A stretch of 63,493 bases of DNA, filler included, from Chiloscyllium plagiosum (Eukaryota): the NCBI RefSeq assembly GCF_004010195.1. It is 3 parts of one record of this genome, joined end to end, with 100 filler letters (N's around TTAATTAATTAA, not from the genome) between each part and the next. Parts side by side here need not be neighbours in the genome. Positions count along the whole stretch, not along the records: positions 29,544 to 54,898 come from NC_057713.1; 2 more parts are not named here. One strand, 5' to 3'. This document shows positions 37,730 through 52,109 of the stretch, one piece after another. How positions within the stretch are numbered: position 1 is the stretch's first letter; each line of letters begins with the position of its first letter. Position numbers and translations under genes: made by a program. The notes under the pieces were generated by a model. The model made no database searches, had not been told where the DNA came from, and worked only from the letters and a program-made list of their open reading frames with translations.

Positions 37730-39660
37730 TGAGAATAAAAAAGTGCTGAAGAAAGGGAAAAATGAGCCAAAGCCAGAGTATAAGAGATTGTTAACTAACA
37801 GAAATGGGAAGCCAGGAGTCTTTCATAAATACATAAATAGTGAAAGATTTGTCCAAGTAGGGATTTGGCCAAACAGGGACCAAAAGCAGAATAGCTTGTG
37901 AAAACCAAGGATATGGCTGTAGTACTAAATGAGTTCTGTGCATCTGTTTTCATTGGAGAAGAGGATGTTGTCAATGCCGCAGTAAATGAGAAAGCAGTGA
38001 CAATACTAGATAGAATATCTTAAGTATAATGAAAGCACTTAAAAGATTGTCAGTTCTCAAAATACATATGACATCCCACCGAATGCCTCCTAGTTATTAA
38101 GGGACATTGTTACACAGTCTTTTAAATATTGCTTTGATATGGAGGAGGTGCCAGAAGGCTGAAGAATTGTCAATCTTATGCACTCCTGTTTAGAAAAGCG
38201 AAGAGGATTATGTCTGGCAATTACAAGTCTATTACTCCAACATTGATGGTGGAGAAACTTTTAGAAACCATATTCTGAGACAAAAACAATTGTTATTTGG
38301 ACAAGAAAGATGAATAAATGAAAGCATTGATTTGTCAAGGGCAAGGTATGTTGATTAATTTGATTGAGCATGTTGATACCCAAATCGAGTATGGTTGGAT
38401 GTCATGAACTTGAAATTTCAAAATTGTTTCACAAATACCACAGAATAGTCTTGTTGGCAAAATTAATGCCCATGGACTTAAAGGGAGGCCAGTGGCATGA
38501 ATACAAAATTAGCTAAAGGGGCTGAAGCAGAGACTAACTATGAATAGTTGAGACAGCAGTAAAGTATACAGTAGTGATCCCTAGGTATTTTCTGTTTTTT
38601 TGCTGTGTATCAATGCATTACATTTGGCTCTACAGCCACAGTTCCAAAGTTAAACTAAATAAGAGGGAGTAATCTTGGGTAGATGTAGGAAAAGAAGAGG
38701 AAAGGTCAGGGCAGGAGAGCAACATAGTAATATGGACAGAAAAAGTCACAGAATTGTGGGAAGGGACTAAGACCAAAAAAATGTACACAAACAAACTACA
38801 CATCACAAAGGTAATAAAAAGACAAAAGTAAAGCATCTGTGTTTAAATGTACATTGTACTCATAACAAAGTAAATGAATTGATAGTGCATCTTGAAATAA
38901 ATAAATATGATCTGCAGACCATGACAGAGTCATGTCTGCAGGATGACAAAGATTGGATCCTGTATGTTGAGGAGTGTATGATATTGAAGAAGAAATGAAG
39001 CTGCGATAAAGTTAGAGCACTAGTACTTTTAATCAATGATAAAACTAGTGCAATAGTTATTCATGAGGTCAGGATGTACAATCAGTTTCAGTGGAGATGA
39101 GGAATGGTAGGTGCAGAATGTCACCATTGGGTGTGGTCTATACTAACATTACCATTAACCCCTAATATTAACTACAATGTGGGACAAAATATACAAGCAA
39201 ATAATATCATGTGCTTATGATAAATGGCTAGCAATAATCATGGGTGATTTATCCAGAATATTGAGAATTTCTTTGAGCAGCACATTCTGGAAGCAAACAG
39301 AGTGCAGATTAAATTCGATTTGATATTATATAATGAGTCAGAATTAATTATTGACCTCAGAGTAAAGGCACCCCTAGGCAGCATTCATCACAACATAATT
39401 GAATTTTATATTCAGTTTGAAAGGGAAAAGAATAAGTCTAAGTATTGTATTTTAAAGTTTCGAGGACAACTATCATGACAACTAACTTGAAAGCTGAGCT
39501 ATTCAAAAATCCTGGGATACTAAGTAGGGGATAGATCAATAGTGATATTTATGGGAACATCTCAAAATACTCAGAACAAATGTATTTCTATTATAAAGAA
39601 AAAAACCCAAGGGACAGACCATCTGTGCTTAACTAAATAAGTTAAGGAAACATCAAACTT
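37730..39660 (+). mobile_element. Highly decayed CR1 ORF2 remnants
   Basis: Residual similarity to CR1 linker/RT and endonuclease segments; many stops. Confidence 0.55.
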
Positions 39661-41399
39661 GGGGCAGGGGTTGTAGCTGACCATGACTGAATGTGACAAA
39701 ATGGCCACTTATGCTTTTTTTAGCTGACACAAGATGGTTGAAGAAAATTATAGCTTATGCAGCATTTCATTTTGCTCAAATCATGGCCTTCAGAGACAGA
39801 CAGCAAAATGTCTCTGAAAATCACAATAGAGTCTTAGTAAGACTCTGAATGCAGACGAGAATGCAATTAGTAAGACCCTGATAAAACAGCTCAGGTAAAG
39901 ACCATCTGATTTGAAATTTCTTATTTTATTATGAAATGAAAAGGGGAAGCTTGACCCACCCTGGATGAGGCCTTCTAAGTAATTATAATTACATATTAAA
40001 GTAGACATATTCATACAATAATGTGTTGGACACTGAAAAATTTGATTAGATTTCTGTAGGGAGGCAGCCTTGGACATTGAGGCTGGTTTTGATAAAATCC
40101 TTAAGAGATCCTCAATAAGGGTTTGGTACCAGCTAGTTCAAAGTTTGATATTTGAGATTAGAAGAAATGTCTGATCCCACAGTAATCAAGACTTTTTAGG
40201 GAACAGTTGTGACATAGTAAATACACAATTGACAAAATCAAATTAAGAGATTTAGCTGAAATCAAATTAAGAAATTTAGCTGAATTTTCTTTAATTCAAT
40301 AACCATAGGCAGCAGGGATAAACTTTCACTCCATCAGCAGGGAGATTACAGCAACAAAAAGGTCTAAACAGAATAATCTTGTTAGAGTACCAAGAGACAA
40401 ATAACATTGCAAGGGGTTCGAAACAATTGTGAAACCAGGTCACTGTGACTTTGAGAGAATAGTCACCACATCGCAATCTAATGAATTTGGTAAAAATGAC
40501 AGAGGAAAACTATAAGACTAAGATGAAAAAGAGGTCATTGTCATCTAGAGCCTTAAAGAATCCAAATAAGCTTCTTTTAATAACTTGATAGAGCTATAAA
40601 AGTGATTTGAATTTCATTCCTGTTGTTGAGATTTGAAAAGGTACTATATGAAAAATATTTAAAGCTATGACAATTGTCTATCCTGTTTTCAAATTTGTTT
40701 TAAACTGTAAGTGATAGCTGCTGGACTGAGTGACTGTTTATTTCACCTTTTAAAGTTGAGTAAGAGGGAAGCTACTCCCGAAATTGCCAGCATTGACACA
40801 GAATCGCAGTATTAGGTGTAATTATATATTTTTTAAGTGACTTTATTTTAGCTGATATTACAAATATTATCACAATGGTAGGAATTAGCATCCTTTCTAA
40901 TCTTATGTCCTAAGGTTAGCAAGTAATATGAATTGCATGATAGAATTTGAAAAGTCATTAATAATAAGCAAGCATAGGATACAACTGGCAAGTGTCTAAG
41001 AAGGGACATAGCAATCAATATTGGAATGTGGTCAATAAGGTGCATCATAGGAGCTCAAGGACAGGTGATTAAGGTGCTGGCAAGCATCATCAGATGATGG
41101 AAGGATCAAAGGTTGACCACAAAGTTGTCTATCATTGCTTGTGTGCTCACAGGATTGGATGTGTAGATCAGAGGGGATGTGTCAATGTTGCGTGTAATCA
41201 TAATAATGCTATATGTATAAATATCCTGCACCTTATTGGGAAGGGTGGAGTGTCTTAGAGTCCTCTCCCATGCTGTGATGGTAAGGAGCTCTGAATAAAG
41301 ATCACTATTTGTGCTGTTGAACATGGGACTCCGACTCCTCTTTAAAATCCCTCTTCACTACGGTACAAAGATGAGTGGTCCGATGATTGGTCAGAATGT

Positions 41400-42610
41400 A
41401 AAGAACAGCTGAGAATGACTAAAATATTAATCATGAGAAAGAAATGAGTGTGTGATGGGAAGCTAGCTAGCAATGTAAAAATCGATTGTAAGAGTTTCTA
41501 TAGATACCTAACAAGTAGAAGAGTAAATAAAATTTGTGTGTCCTCTGGAGAGTGAGGAATGGGAAGTTAATGGAAGATAATAAGGAAACAGCAGAATTCC
41601 TCCATTCAGGAAGGAAAGAAGGGAGGCAAGAAACTATAGGTCAATTAGTTTGCAGTCTGTTGTGATGATGGTTTTAGAGTTCATAATTAAGAATGCTATA
41701 GCTGGGCATCTAGAAAAATTAAAGGTAGCTGGGAAGAGTCAACATTGTTTCTTAAAGGGAAATCCTGTTTAACCAATTTACAGTAGTTCTTTGAAGGAGT
41801 AACGTGCTGTGGATAAAAGGGAGCCGTTGATATGTGGTACTTAGGTTTCAGGAAGGCATTTGATAAGGTGCCACAAAAGTTAATTGTGCAAAGCAGCAAC
41901 TCATAGTGTTTCAATTACATACTAGCATGGATAGAAGATTAGCTGGCTACCGAAATTGCCCGTAGTGTTGGGTAAAGGGGTAAATGTAGGGGAATGGGTA
42001 AATGTAGGGGAATGGGTGGGTTACGCTTTTTCTGATCGGCAGAATGTGGCAAGTAGGGTCCTGCAGGAGTCTCAACTTTTATAATATATATCAGTTAATG
42101 GAATGAGGGGAACAAAGGCATAGTAGCTAACTTTGCAGATGATGCAAAAGTAGGTAAGAAAGTATGGTAAAGAGGGCTTAAGGTTGCAGAGCAATGTAGA
42201 TAAGTTGAGTGAATGGGCAAAAATACAAGACAGAATGCATTTCGGGAAAACAAAAAATTGGTTATTTTGACAGGAAGAACAAAAAAAAGTAAAGGATTAG
42301 CTGTGAAAGACTGCAGAATTCCAAATGCAGAGGGATTGATGTGTTCTAGAGCATGAGTCACAAAAGGTTAATGTGCAAGTACAGTAAAAATTAAGAAGGC
42401 TAATGGGAACCTATCCTTCGGTATGAGAGGAAATTATGAAATTAAGCATTGCGTCAAGCATCAGATCGCATCTCGAATTCCTTGTGCGGTTTAGGTCTCA
42501 TTATTCAAAGAAGGATCAAATACATTGTGAGTAAATCATTTCAACCTTACTAGGTTGAGGCCTGCAATAAATTGGTCCGATGAGGAAAGGTTGGACAATC
42601 CAGACTTATT
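41400..42610 (+). mobile_element. Degenerate CR1 RT region with a small SINE fragment at about 41952-42027
   Basis: Remnants of NYRSISL, KAFDKVPQ and FADDAK. Confidence 0.7.
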
Positions 42611-43241
42611 GGAGTAAGTTCTCTGGTCATGTGCTGCATGTCTGTAATAGTTGTGTATACAATGTTTGGGAAAATGCGTATCTGTAATAGTTGTGTATAC
42701 AATTTTTGCGTGTGCGTCACGTGTTCAATTCATCAAAATCAATTTTTGTAATATCAGATGTAGTTCAATTGTTTTTCACATGGTGGCACTGTCAACACTA
42801 AGAAAAATTGAATTGCTGTATTTGCTTAGTTCTGAGTCTCTCAGTTCTCAGTTTCAATTTACTTCACATTCTCGCTTTTAATCCTCTATTAATAGACACG
42901 GAATATCAAATGTAGTTTCTTCACAACATTTATCCTCATGCCTTCAAGGGTCTGTATACGTGCAACCCCAGGCTTTGTGTTCCTGTCCTCTCTCTAAAAA
43001 TGTATCATTTTATTTCTCGTTTCTTTCCTCACGCGTCCTACCAAAACATGTCATTCAACTTATCTCCGCACTAAATTTTATCTGCGATGTATCTGCTCAG
43101 TTCGCTCGCTAGTCCACATCTGCAAATATATGAATTTAGAGCAGAGGTAGGCTTTTCAGCCCCTCCAGTTTGCTTCACTAATCAATAACACCATGGCTGA
43201 TTTGTTTGTGCTTTGAATGCTAAAACCTAAATCAGTCTTTT

Positions 43242-46200
43242 GAGTCATAGTGATACACACCAACTGACCAGATATCCTAAATAAATCTAGTCCCATTTGC
43301 CAGCATTTCAGCCATTTCCCTCTAAACCCTTCCTCTTCATATACCCATTCAGATGCATTTTAAATGTAGTAATTGTACCAGCCTCCATGACTTCCTCTGG
43401 CAGTTCATTCCATACGCGCATCACCCTCTGTGTAAAAAGAAAGTTGTCCCTTAGGTCTCTTGTATGTTTTTCTCCTCTCATCTAAAATCTATGCCCTCTA
43501 GTTTTGGACTTACCCACCCCAGGGAAAAGACCTTGTCTATTTACCTTATCCATGCCCCTCCTGATTTTATAAACCCCTATAAGGTCACCCCTCAGCCTCT
43601 GCTGCGCCAGGGAAAACAGCCCCAGCCTATTCAGCCTCTCCCTATAGCTAAGACCCTCTAACCGTGGCAACACCTTTGTAAATCTTTTCTGAACCCTTTC
43701 AAGTTTCACAACATCCTTTCTATAGCAGGGAGACCAGAACTGCACGCAATATTCCAGTAGGCCTAATCGTTGACCTGTACAGCTGCAAAATGACCTCCCA
43801 AATCATATACTCAATGCACTGACCAATAAAGGCAAGCACACCAAATGTTGTTGTCACTGTTCTACCTGCCTCTGATTCCACTTTCAAGGAACTATGAACC
43901 TGCATTCCAAGGTCTCTTTGTTCAGCAACACTCCCCAGGACCTCATCATTAAGTGTATAAGTCCAGCCCTGACTTCCCTTTCTGAAATGAAACACCTTGC
44001 ATTCATCTAAATTAAACTCCATGTGCCAATCCTTGGCCCACTGGCCCATCTGATCATGATCCCATTGTACAGGTAACCTTTTTCGCTGTCTACCACACCT
44101 CCAATTTTGGTGTCATCTGCAAAATTGCTAACCAAATCTCCGATTTTCACATCTAAATCATTTATATAAATGGCAGAAAACAGTGACCCCTATACCAATC
44201 CTTGTGGCACTCCACTGGTCACAGCCCCTCATCTGAAAAGCGCCACTCCACCACCACCCTCTGTCTTCCACCTTCGAGTCAGTTCTGTATCCAAATGGCT
44301 AGTTCTCCCTGTATTCCATGAGATCTAACCTTGCCTACCAGTCTACCATGAGGAACCTTGTCAAATGTCTTACTGAAGTCCATATAGATCACATCCACCA
44401 GTCTACCCTCAACCATTCTCTTTGTTACATCTTCAAAGAACTCACTTAAGTTCATGAGACATGATTTCCCACGCAGAAAGCCATGTTGACCATTCCTAAA
44501 AAGTCCTTGCCTTTTCAAATACATGCTGAAAATGTGTTGCTGGAAAAGCGCAGCAGGTCAGGCAGCATCCAGGGAACAGGAGAATCGACGTTTCGGGCAT
44601 AAGCCCTTCTTCAAATACATGTACATTCTCTCCCTCAGGATTCCCTCCAACAACTTGCCCGCCAGTGATGTTAGGCTCACCGTGAGCCAGCCTCCAGTGT
44701 TCTGGTACCTCACCTGTGGCTATTGATGATACAAATGTCTCAGGAAGGTACCCAGCAATCTTTTTCCTAGCTTCCCACAAAGTTCTAACGTATACCTGAT
44801 TAAGTCCCAGGTTTTATTCACCTTTTTGTGTTTTGAGCGGTCCAGCATCACCTCCTCTATAATATGGACATTTTTCAAGATGTTTCCCCATTTTCTTTAT
44901 CTTCCATATTCTTCTCCACAGTAAACACTGATGCAAAATACTCTTTTAGTATCTCCTGCAGTTCCACCCATAAGTGACCTTGCTGATCTTTAAGGGTCCT
45001 ATTCTCTTCCTAGTTACCCTTTTGTCCTTAATGTATTTTTAGAATCCCTTTGGATTCTCCTTAACCATATTTGCCAAAACTATCTCATGTCCCCTGTTTG
45101 CCCTCCGTATTTTCCTCTTAAGTATACTCCTACTGCTTTTATACTCTTCTGGAAAATCTCTCAATTTCTGCTGTCTCTACCTGACATATGCTTGCTTCTT
45201 ATTCTTGACCGAAACCTCAATTTCTCTAGTCATTCAGCATTACCTACACCTACCAGCCTTGCACTTCATCCGAACAGGAACATACTGTCTCTGGAATCTG
45301 GTTATCTCATTTTCCCAACTTTCCTGCTATCCTTTTATCTGTGAACATCTGTTCCCCTGTCAACATTTGAGAGTGCTTGCTTAATACTGTCAAAATTGAT
45401 CTTCCTTTAGTTTAAAACTTTAACTTTTTGATCTAATCTATCCTTTTCCATCACTTTTTAAAAAAACTAATAGAATTGTGGCCCCAAAGTGCTCCCCCAC
45501 TGACACTTCAGTCACTTGTCCTGCCTTATTTCCCAAATGTAGGTCAAATGTTGTACCTTCTCTAATAAATATGACCATATACTGAATCAGAGCACTTTTT
45601 TTGTACACACTTAGCAAACTCCTCTCCGTCCAAGCCCTTAAAACTATGGCAGTCCCAGTCTTTGTTTGGAAAGTTAGAATCCTCTACCACACCCATCTTA
45701 TTATTCTTATAATAACTGAAATCTGCTTACAAATTTGTTTCTTAATTTCTAGCTGATTATTCGGGGGGGGGGTTCCATAATATAATCTCAATAAGGTGAC
45801 CATCCCTTTCTTATTCCTCAGTTCCACCTAAATAACTTTCCTGGACATATTCCCAGGAATATACTCTCTAAATACAGCCATAATGTTATCCTTAATCAAA
45901 AACACCACTCCCACTCCTCTTTTGCCCCCCTTTCTGTCCATCCTATCACATCTATACTCTGGAACATTAAGCTGCCAGTTCTTGCCATCCCTGAGCTAAG
46001 TCTCTAATTGCTATGATGTCCTAGTCCCATGTTCCTAACCATACTGAGTTCATCTGTGTTCCCTGTTAGGCCTCTTGCATTGAAATAAATGCAGTTTAAT
46101 TTATCAGACCTACCTCATTCTCTACTTTGTTCCTGCCTACCCTGTCTGTTTGAGTTACTCTTTACCCTTGAGGACCTCCTTTTTAAACTCCTAACTACCT

Positions 46201-47873
46201 ATATTGTCTCCTCAGAGACTCACCCTTTTTACTTCTTATGTCCTTAGTTCCAATGTGTAGAATGACCTCCTGCTGGTCCTGCTCCCCTTCGAGAATATTC
46301 TGCACCCTCTCCGAGTATCTTTGATCCTGGCTGTGGGAAGGCAACACACCATTCTCAGACTGATCACTTTCTGCACTATCTCCCAGGGTCCCACCACCCC
46401 TTATGAGTTTACATCCTGAACAGCTCTAGCAAATTTCTCTGCCAGTATCTCAGTCCCCTTCCAGTTTAGATACAATCTGTTGTCCTTATACAAGTCACTT
46501 CTACCCAAGAAGGCATTCCAATCATCCAAAAATGTGAATCGTTCTCCCCTGCACTAGCTCCTCAGCCACGCATTCATCTTCTCTATCCTCCTATTCCTGC
46601 CCTCACTAGCTTATGGCAGTGGGAATAATCCAGATAATTTTACCCTTGAAGACCTCCTTTTTAAATTCCTGCCTAACTTCCTATATTGTCTCCTCAGAGT
46701 CTCACCCTTTTTACTTTATATGTCGTTAGTTCCAATGTGTAGAACGACCTCCTGTTGGTCCTGCTCCCCTTCGAGAATATTCTGCACCCTCTCCGAGATA
46801 TTTTTGATCCTGGCTCTGGGGAGGCAACATACCATTCAGATGTCTTGTTGACAGCTGCAGAATTGTCTGTCTGTGCCTCTAACTAGAGAGGCCCTTGTCA
46901 CAATCAGTCGCTTGGAACCTGGTGAGCCCTTCATTACTTTAGATCCAGCTTGGTACCAGAAACCTGGCTGTCAGTGTTGTACTCCCTTGAGAGTCATCAC
47001 CCCTGACATTTTCACTGGGATAGCCAAAGAAGACTCCTTTAATACCTGCCTCCCTCTCCAAACTTACCTGGAAGTCACCCATCAGCCTGACTATATCTTC
47101 AATTTATCACCTTCTCTGCAACAGCCAGCCATCACACCCCCTAGCTCCTGTAAATTCCTTATTGCTTCTAACTGCTGCTCCAACTGATCCATGCGATCCG
47201 AAAGGATTCTCAACCAAACACACCTCCTGCAGACATAATCATCAGTAACATGGAAACTGTCCTAATTTCCCACATCCAATTCTGCAGACCCAGAAAATAG
47301 CAGTCTTACTGCTCTAGAAACTGTTCCAGACTAGCTTAGTACCTATGTATTCATATTTTTAAAATTTAATCAAGAGACAGATCTCAATAACAACACAATC
47401 ACAAAAGCCCCACTCTACTCACTATTATAGATTTGCAAAAGAAAACCAGTAAAGTTACACATTTTAAAAAGCCAATTAGTTGTTCCTTGCTGTGAGCTCT
47501 AATCCACAGGTTTCTCCAAGGTCAGCTATGAATTTCGCTGTTTGTTTATTTTTCTTGTAACAAACTCAGATGTCCAGAGATGCTTGAAAACAGATAGCGA
47601 AGGCGGCAGATATGGCGGGTTACTGCCAGATGAGACAGCAGTCCAGGTTTCTTTCTCTGTTTGAATCACTGTCTATGTGGTCACTGCCCCTTTTTGTCTT
47701 CCTCCTTTTTAAAATGCTGTTGTTTTCATCTTTTTTTACCCCAAAGTTCCAAAACAACACAACAGCTTATGTAAAAAGTATTTACTGCTCCTAGAATTCG
47801 AGGAAGCGGTTCCATCCCTGAAAATACCTCAAAGAAGAAGCAGCTCTCACATCTACATCCATCCCCCATCTTG
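43242..47873 (-). mobile_element. Near full-length decayed CR1 LINE (5' UTR, esterase-type ORF1, APE-RT ORF2, 3' tail)
   Basis: Continuous CR1 homology over about 4.6 kb; ORF1 HIGTND-like SGNH remnant near 46.7 kb; QHGF, DFSK and DDTK-like RT motifs. Confidence 0.85.
44526..44609 (-). mobile_element. 84-bp Penelope pLTR fragment with hammerhead motif, inserted in CR1 RT with target-site duplication
   Basis: TTCAAATACATG at 44514-44525 and 44610-44621; insert nearly identical to about 29238-29322. Confidence 0.88.
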
Positions 47874-48054
47874 TTATGTAAAAAAAACAATCATAGCTTT
47901 CTTCTAACAGGCTACTAAAAATTCAATAACAAATATTTTTAAAGTAGCTTCAAGTGACTTTAAATATAATGTTTTTGTTATTTCTGACATTTTACTTGTT
48001 TTAATCCAAATTATATTGTTATTAAATTATAACTACATATATTTACCTATAGTT

Positions 48055-48190
48055 GTCAGCTTGGTTCAGTGGTACCATTTAGTTCTGACTCTGAGCTTGA
48101 GATTTCAAACCCAATTTCAATTATTTGAGTACATAACCTGGGTTGATGCATCAAAGCAATAATGAGAGAATTCAGCATTGTCACAAATAT
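48055..48190 (+). mobile_element. Possible ancient DeuSINE-like remnant
   Basis: Decayed tRNA-like head followed by sequence resembling the Deu domain, judged by eye from recalled consensus. Confidence 0.3.
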
Positions 48191-49969
48191 TGAGGGCTAA
48201 ATTGGTTAACCATCAAAAGTGCATGCAGGGACAATTATATGTGAAAAACCAGAGTACATTTGATCTAAGTGCTACCTGCTCATTATTATGATTTCTGTGT
48301 GCAACTGGTGTTGACTTGCAGCATTGATTGGTCGTATCAGCAGAGAGCCAATCTTAATTTATAACTTCTACTGGAAGCCTACCTGTTTCTTTAAAGGGAT
48401 GGGAAATTTTGACTGGGGTAAATAGTAGACTTTCTTTGTAAATTGAATCAAATGCAGCAGGAAAGGTTTACATTTATATTATATCTTTCAGGACCGCCAC
48501 ACATTTCAAAGACAATGAAAGAATTGAAATGGCTGTGAAGGAGATTGCAGGAGGAGTAGGGATAAGAAGGAAACTCGAGAAGGGGTACAGGGATGAGGAA
48601 GGCTGCAAAAAGAGTATGGGTCAGAAGGAGGCTGCAAGGGGTTTGGGAGAAAAGGAGAGGTATGATGAAATTCAGAGGCTGCTAAGGAAGTGGGTGGGAA
48701 AAGAAGCCAGGGTGATCGAATGGGACAACCAGGCTATGAGGATTATGAGTGGTAAAGAAGACTGCAATGGAGGTGGGAACGAGGAGCAGGCTGAAAATAA
48801 GAGTGAACGGTTTCAAATCTACCTACCAGGGAGTACTCAGTTAGCTGGGATCTGAGAAAGTTTCAAGTCACTGAGGTAATGAATTCCTTGCAAATGAATG
48901 TGGAATGTCTACTGTAGACCTGTCCAAGTTCAGGAGCTACCAAACTTGGCAAAAAAAAGTAGTAGATCCTACCACAATGAACACTTGTCAGCAATTAAAT
49001 TTAAATCTAAATTGGGATCCAAGGTGCAGTAATTAAGTCTGTAATGGTCTGGTTAAAAAGTTCCAGCTTTGTTCATACGTGACAGAAATGCATTAGTTGC
49101 AACTTCCACCAGTCTGCGGAAGATAGGTAGTGCGGTGGCGTTTCAAGTATAGATTTGTGTGTCTGTTAATTTGGGGGAAGGAAATCTTTGTTGTAATTTA
49201 GGGCTGCTATTTTGTACCAGTTCAAATACTGTGGTGTCTATGGAATTAATGGTTTCATTCTGTAACCTTAGGTTTAGTAGAGAGTTGATACTTATTGAAT
49301 ATGTTGATGAATTATTCTGATTTGTTTGTGTGAGAGTCCAACTACCCATGTTTCACCATAAATACAGAAGGTATTGTTACTAAACAAAATGTCATGAAAT
49401 AAGTGAATGTAATAGTGAAGAAGTTGCCCCCAAAAATCAAAATGTAGTGCTTAAAAAAAAATCTCAAGAGGAATCAGAGCAAGTTATTCCAACATAAAAA
49501 CCACCTCAAACACTTATTTGCCAAATGGTAACCCCTCCCTACAATGTTTCCATTGAAGTTGCCTCTCATCTTTCCCATCCCATGAGCATTATTCTAATGT
49601 CTCGCAAGCTCCCCTAAACTCTCTCAAAATAAGTGTGGAGATGGACAGTTCAGCCCTTCGAGCATGGCTGTTATCTGTTACATTTCAAATTCCACATTCC
49701 CATGTATCCCAAGAACCTTTTACGCCCTTGCCAAACAAGAATCTATCTACCGATGTCTGAAGAATATTCAATGACCCATTCCACAACATTCTAAAGCAGA
49801 GAGTTTCAAACTCTTATGACTCTGAGGGGGGAGCAAAACTCCCATTCACTACTGACCTAAAAGAGTGATTCCTGATTTTAAAATAATCCCTCTTAGCTCT
49901 GTGCTTACCCTCAGGGGAAACATCCTTTCTACATTGACAAGAGCAGTCAGGAATCAACTCACCTCTGAC

Positions 49970-50315
49970 TTCCTAGCAGAGCGGTTTAGGGAACATCTCC
50001 AGGACACCCGCACCAATCAACCACACCGCCCTGTGGCCCAACATTTCATCTCCCCCTCCCACTCTGCCGAGGACATGGAGGTCCTGGGCCTCCTTCACCG
50101 CCGCTCCCTCACCACCAGACGCCTGGAGGAAGAACACCTCATCTTCCGCCTCAGAACACTTCAACCCCAGGGCATCAATGTGGACTTCAACAGTTTCCTC
50201 ACTTCACCTTCCCCCACCTCACCCAAGTTCCAAACTTCCAGCTCAGCACTGCTGTGCCCTTCCAGCACCACTAATCCAGAATCTGGTTTCCAGCATCTGC
50301 AGTCATTGTTTTCAT
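49970..50315 (+). mobile_element. Penelope-like GIY-YIG endonuclease C-terminal fragment plus deleted pLTR
   Basis: RFREHL..PVAQHF..H..VLGL..RRLEEEHLIFRLRTLQPQGINVDF. Confidence 0.9.
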
Positions 50316-50514
50316 CTAAATTTCTGGAAATCATCCCAGCCGGATCAACCTATCCTAATAAAGTTAAAAACCACACAACACCAGGTTATGGTCCAACAGA
50401 TTTATTTGGAAGTACAAGGTTTCAGAGCCTCATAAGATTAACTTACTCATCAGGTATCAATCTAATAATTTGCTCTGAACCACCTCTTTCACATTCTGGT
50501 CCTTTTGGAAGAAA

Positions 50515-50982
50515 GTTGTGAAACTTGAAAGGGTTCAGAAAAAATTTACAAGGATGAAACCAGAATCGAACAGTTTGAGCTATAAGAAGAGGCTGAATAG
50601 GCTGGTGCTGTCTTCTCTGGAGCTGATGGGTGACCTTATTGAAGTGTTTAAAGCATGAGGGGCATGGATAGGGTGAATAGCCAAGGTTAGGGGAATCTAA
50701 AACTAGAGGGAAAAGGTTTAAGGTGAGAGGGGAAAGAGTTAAAAGGGACCTTGGGGGCAACTTTTATGCAGAGGGTGGTGTGCTTATGGAATGAGCTGCA
50801 AGAGAAAGTGGTGGGGGTTGGTACAATGGAAAGGCATCTGGATGGGGGTATGAATAAGAACAGTTTAGAGGGATATGGGCCAAATACTGACAAATGAGAC
50901 TAAATTAATTTAGGATATCTGGTTGGCATGGATGAGTTGAACCAACGTGTCTGTTTTTGTGCTGTGCATCTCTATAAGTCTA
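50515..50982 (+). mobile_element. CR1 3' fragment
   Basis: VVKLERVQK motif and CR1 tail. Confidence 0.85.
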
Positions 50983-51539
50983 TTTACATCCTTCCTGTAA
51001 AAAGGAGTTTCTCATAATACTAAGATGTGGCCTCAACAATACTCTATAGTTAAAGCATAAAATCTTTCATTTCCTCCCGTGGAAAACGATAACATAACAT
51101 TAGCCTTCTTGATTTCATGCTTTACCTGCATACTAACATTTTGTAACTCATGCATTGTGAGTCCATCTACAGCATGTAGACTCCAGTAGTTCAAGAAGAC
51201 AGCTCACCACTACCTTCTCAAGCACAACTCAGGATGAGCAATAAATGCTGGTCAGTCAGCAATACTCACATCCTACAAATGTATTAAAAACCAACTGCAC
51301 TAGAACACCTAAATCGTTCTGCATTTTAGAATTCTGATGCGGTTCTCCATTTAAATAATGCTCAGCTTTTTCATTCTCCACGCCAAAGTGAATAACTTCA
51401 CATTTTCCTACATTATACTCTACCAACCAGATTTTTACCTGCTCACTTAAACAATCTATACCATGCTGCAAAATCCATATGTCTTCTTCGCAACATATTT
51501 TCTTACCTGTTTGGTGGAAAGACTTAACAGCCATCTAGG

Positions 51540-51748
51540 TTTGTGTAATATGTCACATCAGTCATATTTTACTTCGATCTTTTACTTGTAAATTCTGTGT
51601 CCTATGTATCCTCCCCACTAACTACCTGATGAAGGAGCAGTACTCCAAAAGTTTGTATTTTCAAATAGTTCTGTTGGATTATAACCTGGTGTTGTGTGAT
51701 TTTCAATTTTGTCCACCCCAGTCCAACACTGGCACCTCCACATCATGG
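51540..51748 (+). mobile_element. PLE pLTR fragment (second family) with degenerate hammerhead at about 51623-51657
   Basis: CTGATGA-A-GGAG-CAGTA-CTCC-AAAAG-TTT; downstream GTTGGATTATAACCTGGTGTTGTGTGATTTT is shared with 54420-54504 (minus). Confidence 0.7.
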
Positions 51749-52109
51749 CTATCTATTTAGTGTCATTTGTGACTGTAGCTACCTTGTCTTTGCTCCCTTA
51801 CTTAACTCATTTATAAACTTTGAAGGCCCAGCCAAGTCCCTGCAGGATTCCTGCCAATTAGACAAATCCTTATTTATGCATAATGTCTATTATTGACAGC
51901 CAGCCAATTTTCTATGCTTGCAAATATGTTACCTCCATGAACTTTTATTTTCAGTAATAATGTTATTAAATGCTTTCTGGAAATCCAGGTGCAGTATATC
52001 TACAGGATCCCCTTTATCCACAGCATATTTTATTTCCCTTAAAAAAACTCCAATAAATTGATTAAATGTAAATTCCCTTTGACGAAACTCTTCCTGATTA
52101 CCTAGGAAC

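Noticed and set aside
39724..39894. 171-nt AG/GT-bounded segment as a SPAG1 exon
   Set aside because: In-frame TGA in the SPAG1 phase and no homology; could only be a cryptic or poison exon, unsupported without RNA data
48529..48855. 108-aa purine-rich ORF as a SPAG1 exon
   Set aside because: Low-complexity G/A-rich sequence with no recognisable SPAG1 similarity; the upstream acceptor gives a stop in the required phase
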